NCBI GenBank assembly: GCA_021161905.1
Contig: JAGGZT010000009.1
Location: 11,092-75,091 of the forward strand
Direction of reading: 5' to 3'
From: Acidobacteriota bacterium
GTDB taxonomy: Bacteria > Acidobacteriota > B3-B38 > Guanabaribacteriales > JAGGZT01
DNA: 64,000 bases
In this document: positions 9,904-20,629 of the stretch, one piece after another
How the letters are laid out: every line of letters begins with the position of its first letter
Position numbering within the stretch: the stretch's first letter is position 1
Made by a program: the position numbers and the translations under genes
Notes under the pieces: model-generated
What the model saw: the letters and a program-made list of their open reading frames with translations, nothing else
Databases searched by the model: none
What the model was told of the DNA's origin: nothing

Positions 9904-9963
9904 AAGAGCCCTCCCCTCTCGCTCCTCCCGATGCAGAAAAAAACATCGCCCCAATCAATCCAA

Positions 9964-12267
9964 TCACCTTGGTCCTGGAGGAAGATGCTTCAGTAGATAA
10001 CGGAGGAGAAGCGTCCTCAGGTGGACGGTAGTGTTCTTACCCTCAAAGATTCCATGGGACCGATTGGGATAGATCATCACGCTAAACTGTTTATTATTCT
10101 TGATCAACTCGTTTATCAACTTTGCGGTGCCCTGAAAGTGCACATTATCATCGCCAGTGCCGTGAACCACCAAAAGGTTCCCCTTCAGCTGATGGGCAAA
10201 TGTAATGGGAGAGCCTTTTATATATGCCTCCTTATTCTCGCTGGGCAAACCGGTGTACCGCTCTTGATAGATGGTGTCATATAGCCGTATATCCGGTACC
10301 GGCGCAACAGCCATCCCGGTTTTATAAAGGTCAGGATAGCGGAAAAGGAGGTTTAGTGTCATCGAGCCACCACCACTCCATCCCCAAACGCCGATCCTCT
10401 CTGGATCCACATAGCTCCATCTACGGATGATTTTTCTCACCGCTGCTGCCTGATCAGCGGAATTCAAAACTCCGATCTTCCCATAAATGCACTTCCGCCA
10501 TTCACGACCCCGGGGGCAAGGTGTTCCTCGGTTATCAAGCGCCATAACAATATAACCTCTTTGGGCGATCATCAGGTGCCAGAGATCGGTTCTTCCTCCC
10601 CAGGCATCCCTTACGATTTGACCCGCTGGCTCACCATAGACATAAAACAGGACCGGATACTTCTTACCGGGATCGAAGTTATAAGGTTTGATTTGATAGC
10701 CATCGAGAACAACGCCGTTGCCGATATCCACCCGGAAAAACTCTATCGGGCGATGTTTAAGTGCCTCTACCTTCTTCTTCAACTTATCGTTCCTCACCAG
10801 GGTACGAACAACCTTATGACTTGGGAGTTCAATGAGGTCAACGGTTGGAGGGATAAATTTCTTGGAGAAGGTATGAAACGCCCACCTGCTGTTTCTGGAA
10901 ATCTGATAACTATGGGTCCCGCTTTGAGACATTGGGGTTATCCGTTGAAGCTTTCCCTTCCCATCTAACCGAACCCGATAAAGATATCTCCTTAGAGGAT
11001 CGTCAGGAGAGGCGATGAAATAAACCCAACCATCCTTTTCATCGACATTCGCAATGCTGATCACATCGTAAGGACCGGGGGTAATACAACTAACATCTCT
11101 TCCATCCCGGGAGACAACATAAAGATGGCGCCACCCATCTCTCTCGCTTACCCAGATGAACCTTTTCCCCTTATCAAGCCAATAAATCCTATCTACCACC
11201 TCCACCCAGGCATTATCGCGTTCAGTAAGGATCGTTCTCACCTCACCAGTAAGCGCATCGCCGATCATAACCCTATCGGTATTCTGCTTCCGGTTGAGCA
11301 CCTGAAAGATAATCTCCTTAGGGCTTTTTGCCCAGTCCATTTGGGCGATATACTGATTCCGTGGGTCACCTGGCACCTTCATCCATACGGTCTTCCCCCC
11401 GGAGGCGCTTATCACCCCTACCCGACAGGCAGAGTTAGTGGTTCCCGCCTTTGGATAGCGAATGGGAATCAACTTAGGATAAAGGGAATCGGTGTAATTG
11501 ATTAGATAGAAAATTTTTACCTTCGAGGAATCAAGTTGCCAATAGGCTATGAATCGGCTGTCCGGACTCCAGCGAAAACCGTCCCTTAAGCTGAACTCCT
11601 CCTCGTATACCCAGTCGAAGGTACCGTTGATGATCGTGTCTGAGCCATCTTTTGTAAGCTGGATTATCCTGTGATCCTCAAGGTCCTCAACATAGATGTT
11701 GTGCTCCCGGACATAGGCCACCTTTTTGCTATCTGGCGAAAATTTGGCGAACATAAGGGTTGAGGGTTTGGCATCACCACCGAGCTTTTTTAGCTCCCAG
11801 TTCTTAAGATCGAGTACATAGTAGTCCCCCCTCGTATTACGACGCCAGACCCGCTTCGAATTGGTATAGATAAGAAGATACTTAAAATCGGGAGAAAAAG
11901 CAAAATCATCAATCCTTAACGGTTTCGATCCCCCTGTAGGTATCAGCTTCGATGCGGAAACGAGTACCTCCCGTTTTCCGGTCTTGGCGTCATAGCGAAC
12001 GATATCCCTTCCGCCCTTTATCTCCTTGGATGGCTCAAGAACAACATACCCATTTCCATCCTCAAGCCACCTTGCTCGGAAGTACTTGGCGCTGAACTCC
12101 CTACTAGCGTAGATCCTCTCGATGGATAAAAGTCCGGTATCTTTCCCCACCGTTTGTGAGAAGGCAGAGGAAAAGGCGAAAACAACCCCACCGATTAAGA
12201 GCAAAGATGCCCATAACAAAACTCTTCTTCCAGCGGTGGTTAAGCTGTTATTGTAGTTTTTCCCCAT
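9964..12267 (-). CDS. S9-family dipeptidyl peptidase IV-like serine peptidase (secreted)
   Basis: N-terminal signal/TM segment and a long DPPIV-type propeller region. C-terminal alpha/beta hydrolase carries the nucleophile elbow GVWGWSGGGSMT plus HGTGDDNVH. Confidence 0.9.
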   Translation of the reverse strand: MGKNYNNSLTTAGRRVLLWASLLLIGGVVFAFSSAFSQTVGKDTGLLSIERIYASREFSAKYFRARWLEDGNGYVVLEPSKEIKGGRDIVRYDAKTGKREVLVSASKLIPTGGSKPLRIDDFAFSPDFKYLLIYTNSKRVWRRNTRGDYYVLDLKNWELKKLGGDAKPSTLMFAKFSPDSKKVAYVREHNIYVEDLEDHRIIQLTKDGSDTIINGTFDWVYEEEFSLRDGFRWSPDSRFIAYWQLDSSKVKIFYLINYTDSLYPKLIPIRYPKAGTTNSACRVGVISASGGKTVWMKVPGDPRNQYIAQMDWAKSPKEIIFQVLNRKQNTDRVMIGDALTGEVRTILTERDNAWVEVVDRIYWLDKGKRFIWVSERDGWRHLYVVSRDGRDVSCITPGPYDVISIANVDEKDGWVYFIASPDDPLRRYLYRVRLDGKGKLQRITPMSQSGTHSYQISRNSRWAFHTFSKKFIPPTVDLIELPSHKVVRTLVRNDKLKKKVEALKHRPIEFFRVDIGNGVVLDGYQIKPYNFDPGKKYPVLFYVYGEPAGQIVRDAWGGRTDLWHLMIAQRGYIVMALDNRGTPCPRGREWRKCIYGKIGVLNSADQAAAVRKIIRRWSYVDPERIGVWGWSGGGSMTLNLLFRYPDLYKTGMAVAPVPDIRLYDTIYQERYTGLPSENKEAYIKGSPITFAHQLKGNLLVVHGTGDDNVHFQGTAKLINELIKNNKQFSVMIYPNRSHGIFEGKNTTVHLRTLLLRYLLKHLPPGPR

Positions 12268-12599
12268 TTTTCCCTCCTTTTTTATGCGGTATATGAAAGT
12301 ATTATATCCCGAAGTGGATGGCTTACGAAATCTTTTTTAAGGAGTTCCTTACTGGATGAAAATCCGAAGAATAAAAAAATAAAAATGGGAATCATCCCCC
12401 TCTTCAAATATCCTCATACTCTAACAAATTTCTTCTGCCTTTACACTCTATCCAAGCTTTTAAACAATCCTTCCTCACACTTATAATACGCCTCTGTGCA
12501 TTCTATTTACACAATCGCCGCTCTTTCCCCTCTGCAATTTATTATCCTTGGGAAACGGTATTATACAGCTTGCACCAACAAAAATTAAAAATAAGTGAT

Positions 12600-13874
<1,275 letters not shown>

Positions 13875-13889
13875 TCAGTTTCTTCGCAG

Positions 13890-15041
13890 TTATAATCCTG
13901 CCTCCCTCCTAAGGGTCTCGGCCAAGTCGGTTCTCTCCCAGGTGAAATCTTCGTCCTCTCTACCGAAATGACCGTATGCCGCCGTCTTCTTAAAGATGGG
14001 ACGGCGAAGCTTCAGATAATCAATGATCTCAAACGGCTTCAAGGGGAAATGCTCCCAGATCAACTCCTTTATCTTATCCTCTGAGATCTTCCCTGTCCCC
14101 AAGGTATCGACCATTATGGAGACGGGATCAGCTACCCCAATGGCATAGGCAAGCTGGACCTCTACCTTATCGGCAAGCCCTGCTGCTACGATGTTCTTCG
14201 CTATGTAACGAGCCATATAGGAGGCGGAGCGATCGACCTTGGTCGGATCCTTGCCGGAGAAACAACCACCACCATGGCTACCTACCCCACCATAAGTATC
14301 GACTATTATCTTTCTCCCAGTGAGACCTGTATCCGCCTGGGGACCGCCGGTGACGAACCTACCAGTAGGGTTTATATGATAGATGGTATCCTTATCCCGA
14401 AATTCCTCAGGGATTACCGGGAAAATAACCGTCTCCCTAAGTTCTTCCTTTAGTCTATCGGTGCTAACCTTATCGCTATGCTGGGCAGAAAGGACAACCG
14501 TCGTCACCCTCCTTGGCTTTCCCCCATCGTACTCCACCGTGACCTGAGTCTTTCCATCGGGACGAAGATAGTCAAGGATCTTCTGTTTCCTCACCTCAGC
14601 CAGCCTCATCGCCAACTTATGGGCAAGCATAATGGGGAGGGGCATAAGCTCCTTTGTCTCATTACAAGCATAACCAAACATAATACCCTGATCGCCTGCT
14701 CCACCAGTATCCACCCCCTGAGCAATATCCCGGGACTGCTCATCAATAGAGGTAATCACCGCGCAGGTATCCCCATCGAACCCATACTTCGCCCTGGTAT
14801 AACCGATATCCAATATTGTCCGGCGCACGATCTTGGGAATATCAATATAGCAATTGGTGGTTATCTCACCCGCCACTACCGCCAACCCTGTAGTTACCAA
14901 TGTCTCACAGGCTACCCGACCAAAGGGATCCTGCTCCATAATGGCATCGAGGATGGCATCGGATATCTGATCCGCGATCTTATCCGGGTGCCCCTCGGTT
15001 ACCGATTCAGAAGTAAAAAGAAACCTCCCTTCCTTGCTCAT
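13890..15041 (-). CDS. metK: S-adenosylmethionine synthetase
   Basis: [33 protein letters not shown] and [16 protein letters not shown] are hallmark MetK motifs. Confidence 0.97.
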   Translation of the reverse strand: MSKEGRFLFTSESVTEGHPDKIADQISDAILDAIMEQDPFGRVACETLVTTGLAVVAGEITTNCYIDIPKIVRRTILDIGYTRAKYGFDGDTCAVITSIDEQSRDIAQGVDTGGAGDQGIMFGYACNETKELMPLPIMLAHKLAMRLAEVRKQKILDYLRPDGKTQVTVEYDGGKPRRVTTVVLSAQHSDKVSTDRLKEELRETVIFPVIPEEFRDKDTIYHINPTGRFVTGGPQADTGLTGRKIIVDTYGGVGSHGGGCFSGKDPTKVDRSASYMARYIAKNIVAAGLADKVEVQLAYAIGVADPVSIMVDTLGTGKISEDKIKELIWEHFPLKPFEIIDYLKLRRPIFKKTAAYGHFGREDEDFTWERTDLAETLRREAGL

Positions 15042-15250
15042 ACGTGCCTCCCTCCAATAGAAATCTCACATTCCGAAAAAATAACTTTATCACGCCCCAA
15101 TTTCGAAATCAACAAAAAAAGAAAAGGATGTATAAGGGTGATTATTACCCCCTCCTCCTGAATTGTCCGTCCAGCAATCTATCCAAACGAGGACGCCTCT
15201 CTTGAAAAGAGTACTCTTTAGAAAACGACTAATTCAACCCTTATATCCAA

Positions 15251-15742
15251 CTATAATCGCAAAACAACCCCTCTCAGTAAGGATAGGCTATGGATGTTAT
15301 CTGGCGTCGAAACTATGATCGCATATCTAAGATCGAACCTCAATCCCGCAGTTTGATCCAGAAACCAGCAAAATCCTCCGCCCATATTAATTATGGGATC
15401 AACCGTCCTTTCCGGCGTTAAAATCTCCACCGTATCTCGATCAGAAGGATCCTCTCTTCTCACCTTGGAAGAAAAACAAACTCCTCCATTAAACTCAATC
15501 GCTATCTGTTCCTTGAGGAGATAGGCAATGCCCAACCCTATGTTTGGAGAGGAATGAGCAGGGGTAACCGGAAAATCATTTCCACCGGAGATATAATCGT
15601 CTTGAGATCCGTACTGGAATGTCCGAGTTAATCCACCGAAAAAGATCAATTGGAACTTCTTTTCTTGCCCATACGAGATACCACTCCCTACCAAAGAGAA
15701 GAAAAAGATAATAAATCCTGTCTTTACTCTCTTCTGTCTCAT
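15251..15742 (-). CDS. small outer-membrane beta-barrel protein (OmpW/OprF-N-like porin-family fold)
   Basis: Signal peptide (FIIFFFSLVGSGISYGQ), alternating-hydrophobic strands and a C-terminal aromatic-type ending. GGGGGGAGGTGA RBS lies upstream. Confidence 0.6.
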   Translation of the reverse strand: MRQKRVKTGFIIFFFSLVGSGISYGQEKKFQLIFFGGLTRTFQYGSQDDYISGGNDFPVTPAHSSPNIGLGIAYLLKEQIAIEFNGGVCFSSKVRREDPSDRDTVEILTPERTVDPIINMGGGFCWFLDQTAGLRFDLRYAIIVSTPDNIHSLSLLRGVVLRL

Positions 15743-15743
15743 A

Positions 15744-16400
15744 TCACCTCCCCCCCTTTAATTTCTTCACCTTCTTCACCCTTATCTCCACCTCTTCTCT
15801 ATCCACATACCAACCACCGGTAACGATGAGATAAACTTTATAGGTTCCCGATTGGGTGAAATCCGGTGTCCAAGAAAAGAAACCATATACGGATAGTAGA
15901 GGGTAAATGAATTACCGACGCCGGCGGTTCCAGTAAGTAATCCCGTGTCGTGGGGAAGGCCCTTTATATGAGGCCATCTATAGAGCCGAGGCCAACAATA
16001 CCTTATCTTAATCCTAAGGAAAGCCTTCTATAACTCACTCCAAATCCAGAAATCAGCTGCAAATCTCCTTTCCTGATATTTGTTATCGGTTTTATAACGA
16101 TATCGTTCTTCCTGTCCACCATCTTGCTTGTCAGGCAAATATCAAACTCCACCCCTAAGGTGGTAAAAATGCTAAACCCTGAAAGAGGTAAGCGATAATG
16201 GGCTAAAAGTGGTAGGGCTAAGTAAGTGAGCTTATAAAATGTATCCCCCCACTTCACCCCGGAAAATTCAACAAGTTCTGACCTCTTCTCTTTATACAGG
16301 AAACATCGGTTTCTAAGAAAAACCTCTTAGAGAGGTCGAAGCTAACCCCCACACCAGCACAATATCCCAGCTTCGCTTCATGCCTCGGAGGAGGAATAAG
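15744..16400 (-). pseudogene. decayed gene remnants: Ig-like-repeat fragment plus frameshifted OMP beta-barrel fragment
   Basis: My three-frame translation of the minus strand shows LPHDTGLLTGTAGVGNSFTLYYPY in one frame. It continues as YGFFSWTPDFTQSGTYKVYLIVTGGWYVDREEVEIRV in another frame, an Ig/cadherin-like signature, with no start codon. Upstream, EAKLGYCAGVGVSFDLSKRFFLE in one frame is followed by the 84-aa track ORF 16003..16257 (KLTYLALPLLAHYRL, OMP_b-brl-like) in another. Confidence 0.4.
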
Positions 16401-16405
16401 AGGGT

Positions 16406-16891
16406 TCACTCCCTCACTGTAGCCGAAATTTTGATTGTATTCGAGTCATCCTCTATTAAACCAGCGTTCTTTAACTGACAGAAAAGGCACCAAACCTCTT
16501 TACCTTTCTCAAAAAGGGCATCAACTAAGTCCTTCCTTCCCTTAACAGTAGCAAACTCCTCAACCCCTTTAGCTTCAGGATAACTGAAATCCCAATAAGC
16601 ATCGCTCCAATCTATGTCTTCGAACCCCCAATAAGCAATGACACCACCCCTTTCGCCCCCATAGTTCTCGTCATCGATGTTTGCTATCCAGCAAACCGTA
16701 TATAGATGCTTCGGGTAAGGGAAAATCCCTTGCGTTGACTCTCCCCTTACCCAGCCATAATTCGGGATCCAGATTTCCACTATATAATGTGACGAGGGTT
16801 TCCTCCTCTTCTGAAAAGGAAAAGGAACAAAAAGCGAAGAGAAGGAGGAAACAGCTATAACGAGAAACCGCCTTCTAACTTTTAGCCCCAT
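16406..16891 (-). CDS. hypothetical exported protein with a transglutaminase-core-like His/Asp segment only
   Basis: N-terminal signal-like segment. HYIVEIWIPNYGWVRGEST resembles the H-x-W-x-E-x5-GW...D/E part of transglutaminase-like cores. No catalytic Cys segment precedes it. Confidence 0.4.
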   Translation of the reverse strand: MGLKVRRRFLVIAVSSFSSLFVPFPFQKRRKPSSHYIVEIWIPNYGWVRGESTQGIFPYPKHLYTVCWIANIDDENYGGERGGVIAYWGFEDIDWSDAYWDFSYPEAKGVEEFATVKGRKDLVDALFEKGKEVWCLFCQLKNAGLIEDDSNTIKISATVRE

Positions 16892-17114
16892 TTTTAGCTC
16901 CTTTCCCTGAAGAAGAATAAAGAGATATTCAGATTCCTTTTTTGTAGAGCAAAAGTTATGCTATCTTCCTTAATTGACTCAGAGATATTATCTTAATAAA
17001 TTTTTTATACTTAGACAATAAACCAGGTAAGAACGATCGGCATAATGTATTCTATCGGATACAACAATCGTCACCTCTTGAGGACAGTTTCAAATAAGAA
17101 TGCTATTTGAGATA

Positions 17115-18278
17115 TTATCTCCTGCGTTCGAGGCGGTTTCCCGCTCGCTCGAGGAAGGTGATAAGAATGAGTATTGTAGCCCCTTGACCAAGAAGGATCA
17201 ATGCATCCTTGGTGGTCGCCGAGCGGAGAAGAAGGGCGGTAATACCAAGGCAAATGCTTATAAGGTAAATGAAAAGAACACTCTGTTTTTTACTGCGGAA
17301 GAGAGATTCAAACCGATGATGGATATGATCCCGTCCCACATAAGCAATCCACTCCTTCACACTCTTTACCTTTCCCGTAAGAACACGGCTCACCGTGATA
17401 TGAACCATATCATAGATCATCACCGCAAATATAAGAAGAGGGGCGGTAAGAGAGACGATGGGATTGTTATCCGCCCACTCCCCTTTTACCGCGATCGAAG
17501 CGAGGATGAAACCGAGGAAGGTGCTTCCCGAGTCCCCCAAGAATATCTCCGCATCTCCTCTTATCTTAAAGTTATAGGGAAGAAAACCGACCGAACTTCC
17601 TAATGCAGCCACCGCCAACCAGCCAAGATAGGGCTGATTGGTCTCAAAGGCGACCATTCCAAGAAAAAAAGCAGTGATCCCGGAAAGCCCTGCAGCAAGA
17701 CCATCCATACCATCAAGGAAATTAAAGGCATTGGTTATTCCAATAACCCAGAGGTAGGTGAGGACGGCATTTACCACCATCCCCCACCAAAGATAGGGAG
17801 GAAAAAGAACAAGATAGACCCCATATTTAAGAAGCAAAGAAACAGCGAGTATCTGCACTCCTAACCGGAAGGCAGGTGAAAGTCGTCTTATGTCATCGAT
17901 AAGGCTAAAAAGAAACACAACCGTTGCTCCAAGAAGAACCGCTTTCATCCCTGGATCGAGGATAAAGTTCTTCAAAAGGGAAAAGGTGAACGCAGAATAA
18001 ACTGCAACTCCACCCAAGATGGGAGTGGGATGGCGATGAATCTTCCTTGCCGAAGGGAAATCGAGGAGCTTAAACTTGAGGGCGATCCGCTTCATAATTG
18101 GAGTAAGAGAGAGAGATAAGGAAAGAGAGAAAATAAGGATGTAAACCCACCTCAATCCTGCTCTCCGGAAGAACGATTCCACCGAAGGAAACCAAAGCGA
18201 TATAAAAACAACCAAAGCAAGCGGGTAGCAAAACTTGATAGGTATGATGTTCAGACACTTCCTCTCGACATTCATCAA
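17115..18278 (-). CDS. WecA/MraY-family polyprenyl-phosphate N-acetylhexosamine-1-phosphate transferase (initiating glycosyltransferase)
   Basis: Polytopic membrane protein with HRHPTPILGG, LIDD and NAFNFLDGMDGLAAG motifs of the MraY/WecA family. It is the last gene of the EPS operon. Confidence 0.9.
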   Translation of the reverse strand: MMNVERKCLNIIPIKFCYPLALVVFISLWFPSVESFFRRAGLRWVYILIFSLSLSLSLTPIMKRIALKFKLLDFPSARKIHRHPTPILGGVAVYSAFTFSLLKNFILDPGMKAVLLGATVVFLFSLIDDIRRLSPAFRLGVQILAVSLLLKYGVYLVLFPPYLWWGMVVNAVLTYLWVIGITNAFNFLDGMDGLAAGLSGITAFFLGMVAFETNQPYLGWLAVAALGSSVGFLPYNFKIRGDAEIFLGDSGSTFLGFILASIAVKGEWADNNPIVSLTAPLLIFAVMIYDMVHITVSRVLTGKVKSVKEWIAYVGRDHIHHRFESLFRSKKQSVLFIYLISICLGITALLLRSATTKDALILLGQGATILILITFLERAGNRLERRR

Positions 18279-19318
18279 CCGACTGCCTCAATTACTGCAG
18301 AAAGTACCCCTTTTATCTCCCCCTCCTTTAAGTCAGGATAGATGGGGAGGGACACCGCCTTGCTAAATGCCTCATCGGTTCTGGTAAAACCGGATAAACC
18401 GAGATATGAGGAAAGGGGACGGAAAACCGGCTTCCTCGCCTCTATGCCTCGCTCTTTTAGGGAATGAACAAGCTCATCTGCTCCCTTATTTTCAGCCCGG
18501 ATAACAAAGCGAAAGAATATACCCTCCCTCTCCGAAGATGTTTCTGGAAGAATTAAGGGCAGTTTCTCAAAAGCGGAAATATACCTTCGCGCTATCTTTC
18601 TTCTTTTCTCGATAAACCGGGGAAGCTTCTTAAGCTGTATCAACCCTATCGCTGCCTCTATGTCGTTCATCTTGAAGTTGAAGCGGGGGATAAAATCTTC
18701 TTTCTCATCGTACTCTCGCATCTCCTTCACCCTTTCTATTATCCGACGAGAATGAGAAAAAACCATCCCCCCCTCCCCAGTGGTGATGACCTTGGTGGCG
18801 TAAAAGGAAAATATCGAAACCACCCCAAAGGAGCCCACCGGCTTACCCTGATAGCTTGCCCCGATACTCATAGCACAGTCCTCAATCACCGGGATGCCGA
18901 GCGACAAAACCTCATCTAAGCTCGCAGGAAAGCCGAACATATGAGGAAGAATAACCGCTTTTGTCCTCTTGGTAATCTTCTTTCTTAAATCGGCAGGGTC
19001 GAGATTAAACCCTGAGGGCTCTATATCGATCAACAAGGGGGAAGCACCACAGGAGATTAAAGCATAAAGGGGAGCGGTACAGACGAAGGCGGGAAGCGCC
19101 ACCTCATCGCCCTGCCCTATCCCGAGTGCCTTTAAGGCGAGGAATAAAGCAGCAGTTCCCGAAGAGCAAGCAGCGGCAAATCCCCCCCCCAGCGATTGGG
19201 CAAGGGCTTCTTCAAATTGGACTACCTTCTCTCCCCCTGCTATCATCCCCGAGCGGATAACCGCATTAACCGCCTCTATCTCCTCTTTACCTAAGCTCGG
19301 TTTTGAGTGCGGTATCAT
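18275..19318 (-). CDS. DegT/DnrJ/EryC1/StrS-family PLP-dependent sugar aminotransferase
   Basis: MIPHSKPSLGKEEIEAVNAVIRSG...SFYATKVITTGEGG (Schiff-base Lys region). ATG 19318 (GGAG upstream) is preferred over the track start 19360, which overlaps the upstream gene. Confidence 0.9.
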   Translation of the reverse strand: MIPHSKPSLGKEEIEAVNAVIRSGMIAGGEKVVQFEEALAQSLGGGFAAACSSGTAALFLALKALGIGQGDEVALPAFVCTAPLYALISCGASPLLIDIEPSGFNLDPADLRKKITKRTKAVILPHMFGFPASLDEVLSLGIPVIEDCAMSIGASYQGKPVGSFGVVSIFSFYATKVITTGEGGMVFSHSRRIIERVKEMREYDEKEDFIPRFNFKMNDIEAAIGLIQLKKLPRFIEKRRKIARRYISAFEKLPLILPETSSEREGIFFRFVIRAENKGADELVHSLKERGIEARKPVFRPLSSYLGLSGFTRTDEAFSKAVSLPIYPDLKEGEIKGVLSAVIEAVG

Positions 19319-19328
19319 TGTAGCTCCG

Positions 19329-19943
19329 CTATATATTGATGAACAGACGAAGAGAAACAAACCCCTCGGCGTACTGAACCTTTGCCTGGGTTCCTCGGAA
19401 ATGAGCAGTGGCTCGAGCTATATCCAATATGGAAAGACCCTCTACATTGGTCTTGGTTATCTGGGAGCTATGGGCTTCAAGGGAAGCGAGCTTTGCCTCG
19501 AATGTCTGTTTTATATCTATAAACACATTGGGTGAGAAATTGACCGTGGTCGGAACCTCATAGAAAAGCACATTGCGAATGTATCTGGTAGCGGAAAGGG
19601 ATGCTTTCGCCAGGGCTACATGGTCTTGGTGGGTATCCTCATAATAATTGACGAAGATAAAACTCGGCTTCACCCTTTCGATAACCTCCTCGATCTTGTG
19701 AATAAGGGGTAAACTCATCGTTAGCTCGGTATCCCTATACCCACCAAAAAAGACCTCTTTTGCTCCGATAATCCGTTTTGCCTCAAACTGCTCCCTCCTT
19801 CTCACCTCGGGATCCCCACCCAACTCTCCCAAGGTTAAGATAAGAAGATAGATATCACATCCCTTCTTCCGATATTTTATCAGGCTACCCCCACAGCCAA
19901 ACTCGATGTCATCGGGATGGGCACCTATCGCCAATATATTCAT
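19329..19943 (-). CDS. PIG-L/LmbE-family N-acetyl-sugar deacetylase
   Basis: MNILAIGAHPDDIEFGCGG...HQDH motifs. Confidence 0.9.
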   Translation of the reverse strand: MNILAIGAHPDDIEFGCGGSLIKYRKKGCDIYLLILTLGELGGDPEVRRREQFEAKRIIGAKEVFFGGYRDTELTMSLPLIHKIEEVIERVKPSFIFVNYYEDTHQDHVALAKASLSATRYIRNVLFYEVPTTVNFSPNVFIDIKQTFEAKLASLEAHSSQITKTNVEGLSILDIARATAHFRGTQAKVQYAEGFVSLRLFINI

Positions 19944-20629
19944 AGCTTCCCTCCCTCAAGGATTATTTTGCCACTTTCCTCTCCCAAGTTAAAGAGCAGG
20001 TCTACCACAGAGAGATAAGGTTCAAACTCTCCATAAAGTTGAGGATATACTGGATGCTTGAATTCCTGAAAGATTACCTTTATCCCTGCCTTTTCAAACT
20101 TCGTTAATTCAAGATAACCTCTCCCCCCAGCGCCGGATATGTAGGTGTTTCCACCAAGCTTTTGGCAGATAGCCACCAATCTATCCGTCGCCCCCTCTGG
20201 AAGGGATTCAAGCTCAGAGGCCACTACAAACCTTTTCTCTATAGCCAGCGCTTCGGCTATCTTTTCAACGAAGTAAACATTAAGGGGAGAAAGGTAAACC
20301 CATTCCTTCTCAAACCCTTCAACAAATATGGGGAAAAAACGCTCAAAGTACGGCGCCTTGCGGTAGTTTATCTCGAGCGTCCTCAGATGCTTTTTTCTCC
20401 AATTCTCCCGATTGTTTATCATCACTTCAGAGATAAGTTGAGGAAAACGGTGAATAACGGGTACGGTGAGCCAGATCACCCTGTCCTTTGTCTTTATCCG
20501 ATTCCTGTTTTGGAACTCGTTCTTCTTGAACTGGACATTATCGAGAAAGACGAAGACATCAGCCATCATCATCTTATGGAAATAACCGAGCCAGGGTAGA
20601 TACTGCGGTTGGTGAATAGCGATCTTCAT
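19940..20629 (-). CDS. WbqC-family protein
   Basis: MKIAIHQPQYLPWLGYFHKM...FLDNVQF...NRNRI is the WbqC signature. It overlaps both neighbours by 4 nt. Confidence 0.85.
   Translation of the reverse strand: MKIAIHQPQYLPWLGYFHKMMMADVFVFLDNVQFKKNEFQNRNRIKTKDRVIWLTVPVIHRFPQLISEVMINNRENWRKKHLRTLEINYRKAPYFERFFPIFVEGFEKEWVYLSPLNVYFVEKIAEALAIEKRFVVASELESLPEGATDRLVAICQKLGGNTYISGAGGRGYLELTKFEKAGIKVIFQEFKHPVYPQLYGEFEPYLSVVDLLFNLGEESGKIILEGGKL

Noticed and set aside
12268-12599. Possible small genes or ncRNA in the 332-nt gap between ahcY and the DPP-IV gene. It contains short ORFs of 8, 18 and 33 codons.
   Set aside because: The ORFs lack convincing SD and start context (except a trivial 8-codon one) and have no recognisable features. 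I found no stable long-range pairing by eye. Most likely this is promoter and leader for the peptidase gene plus the ahcY 3' UTR.
14478-15161. Long antisense or shadow ORFs in the track. Examples: 14478..15161 +, 17100..17603 +, 32848..33384 +, 34920..35393 +, 36906..37433 +, 40830..41297 +, 41334..41714 -, 48275..48625 -, 51633..52121 -, 55904..56509 -, 59899..60372 -, 62335..62817 -, and the 820..1065 and 1102..1290 + ORFs.
   Set aside because: Each lies entirely opposite a CDS with clear family-level identity, has no recognisable motifs, and shows low-complexity or Ser/Pro/Arg-rich composition typical of antisense frames.
15042-15250. Possible SAM riboswitch in the 209-nt region upstream of metK. 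The minus strand contains CTCTTTTCAAGAGAGGCG, reminiscent of the 5' end of SAM-I.
   Set aside because: The rest of the SAM-I core (GAGGGA..GGCCC, GCAACC, GGTGCTAA) is absent, and I could not fit SAM-II, SAM-IV or SAH motifs by eye. A plausible promoter (TTGATT, 17 nt, TAAAGT) lies only about 42 nt before the ATG, leaving too short a leader. A cmsearch against Rfam SAM and SAH families would settle it.
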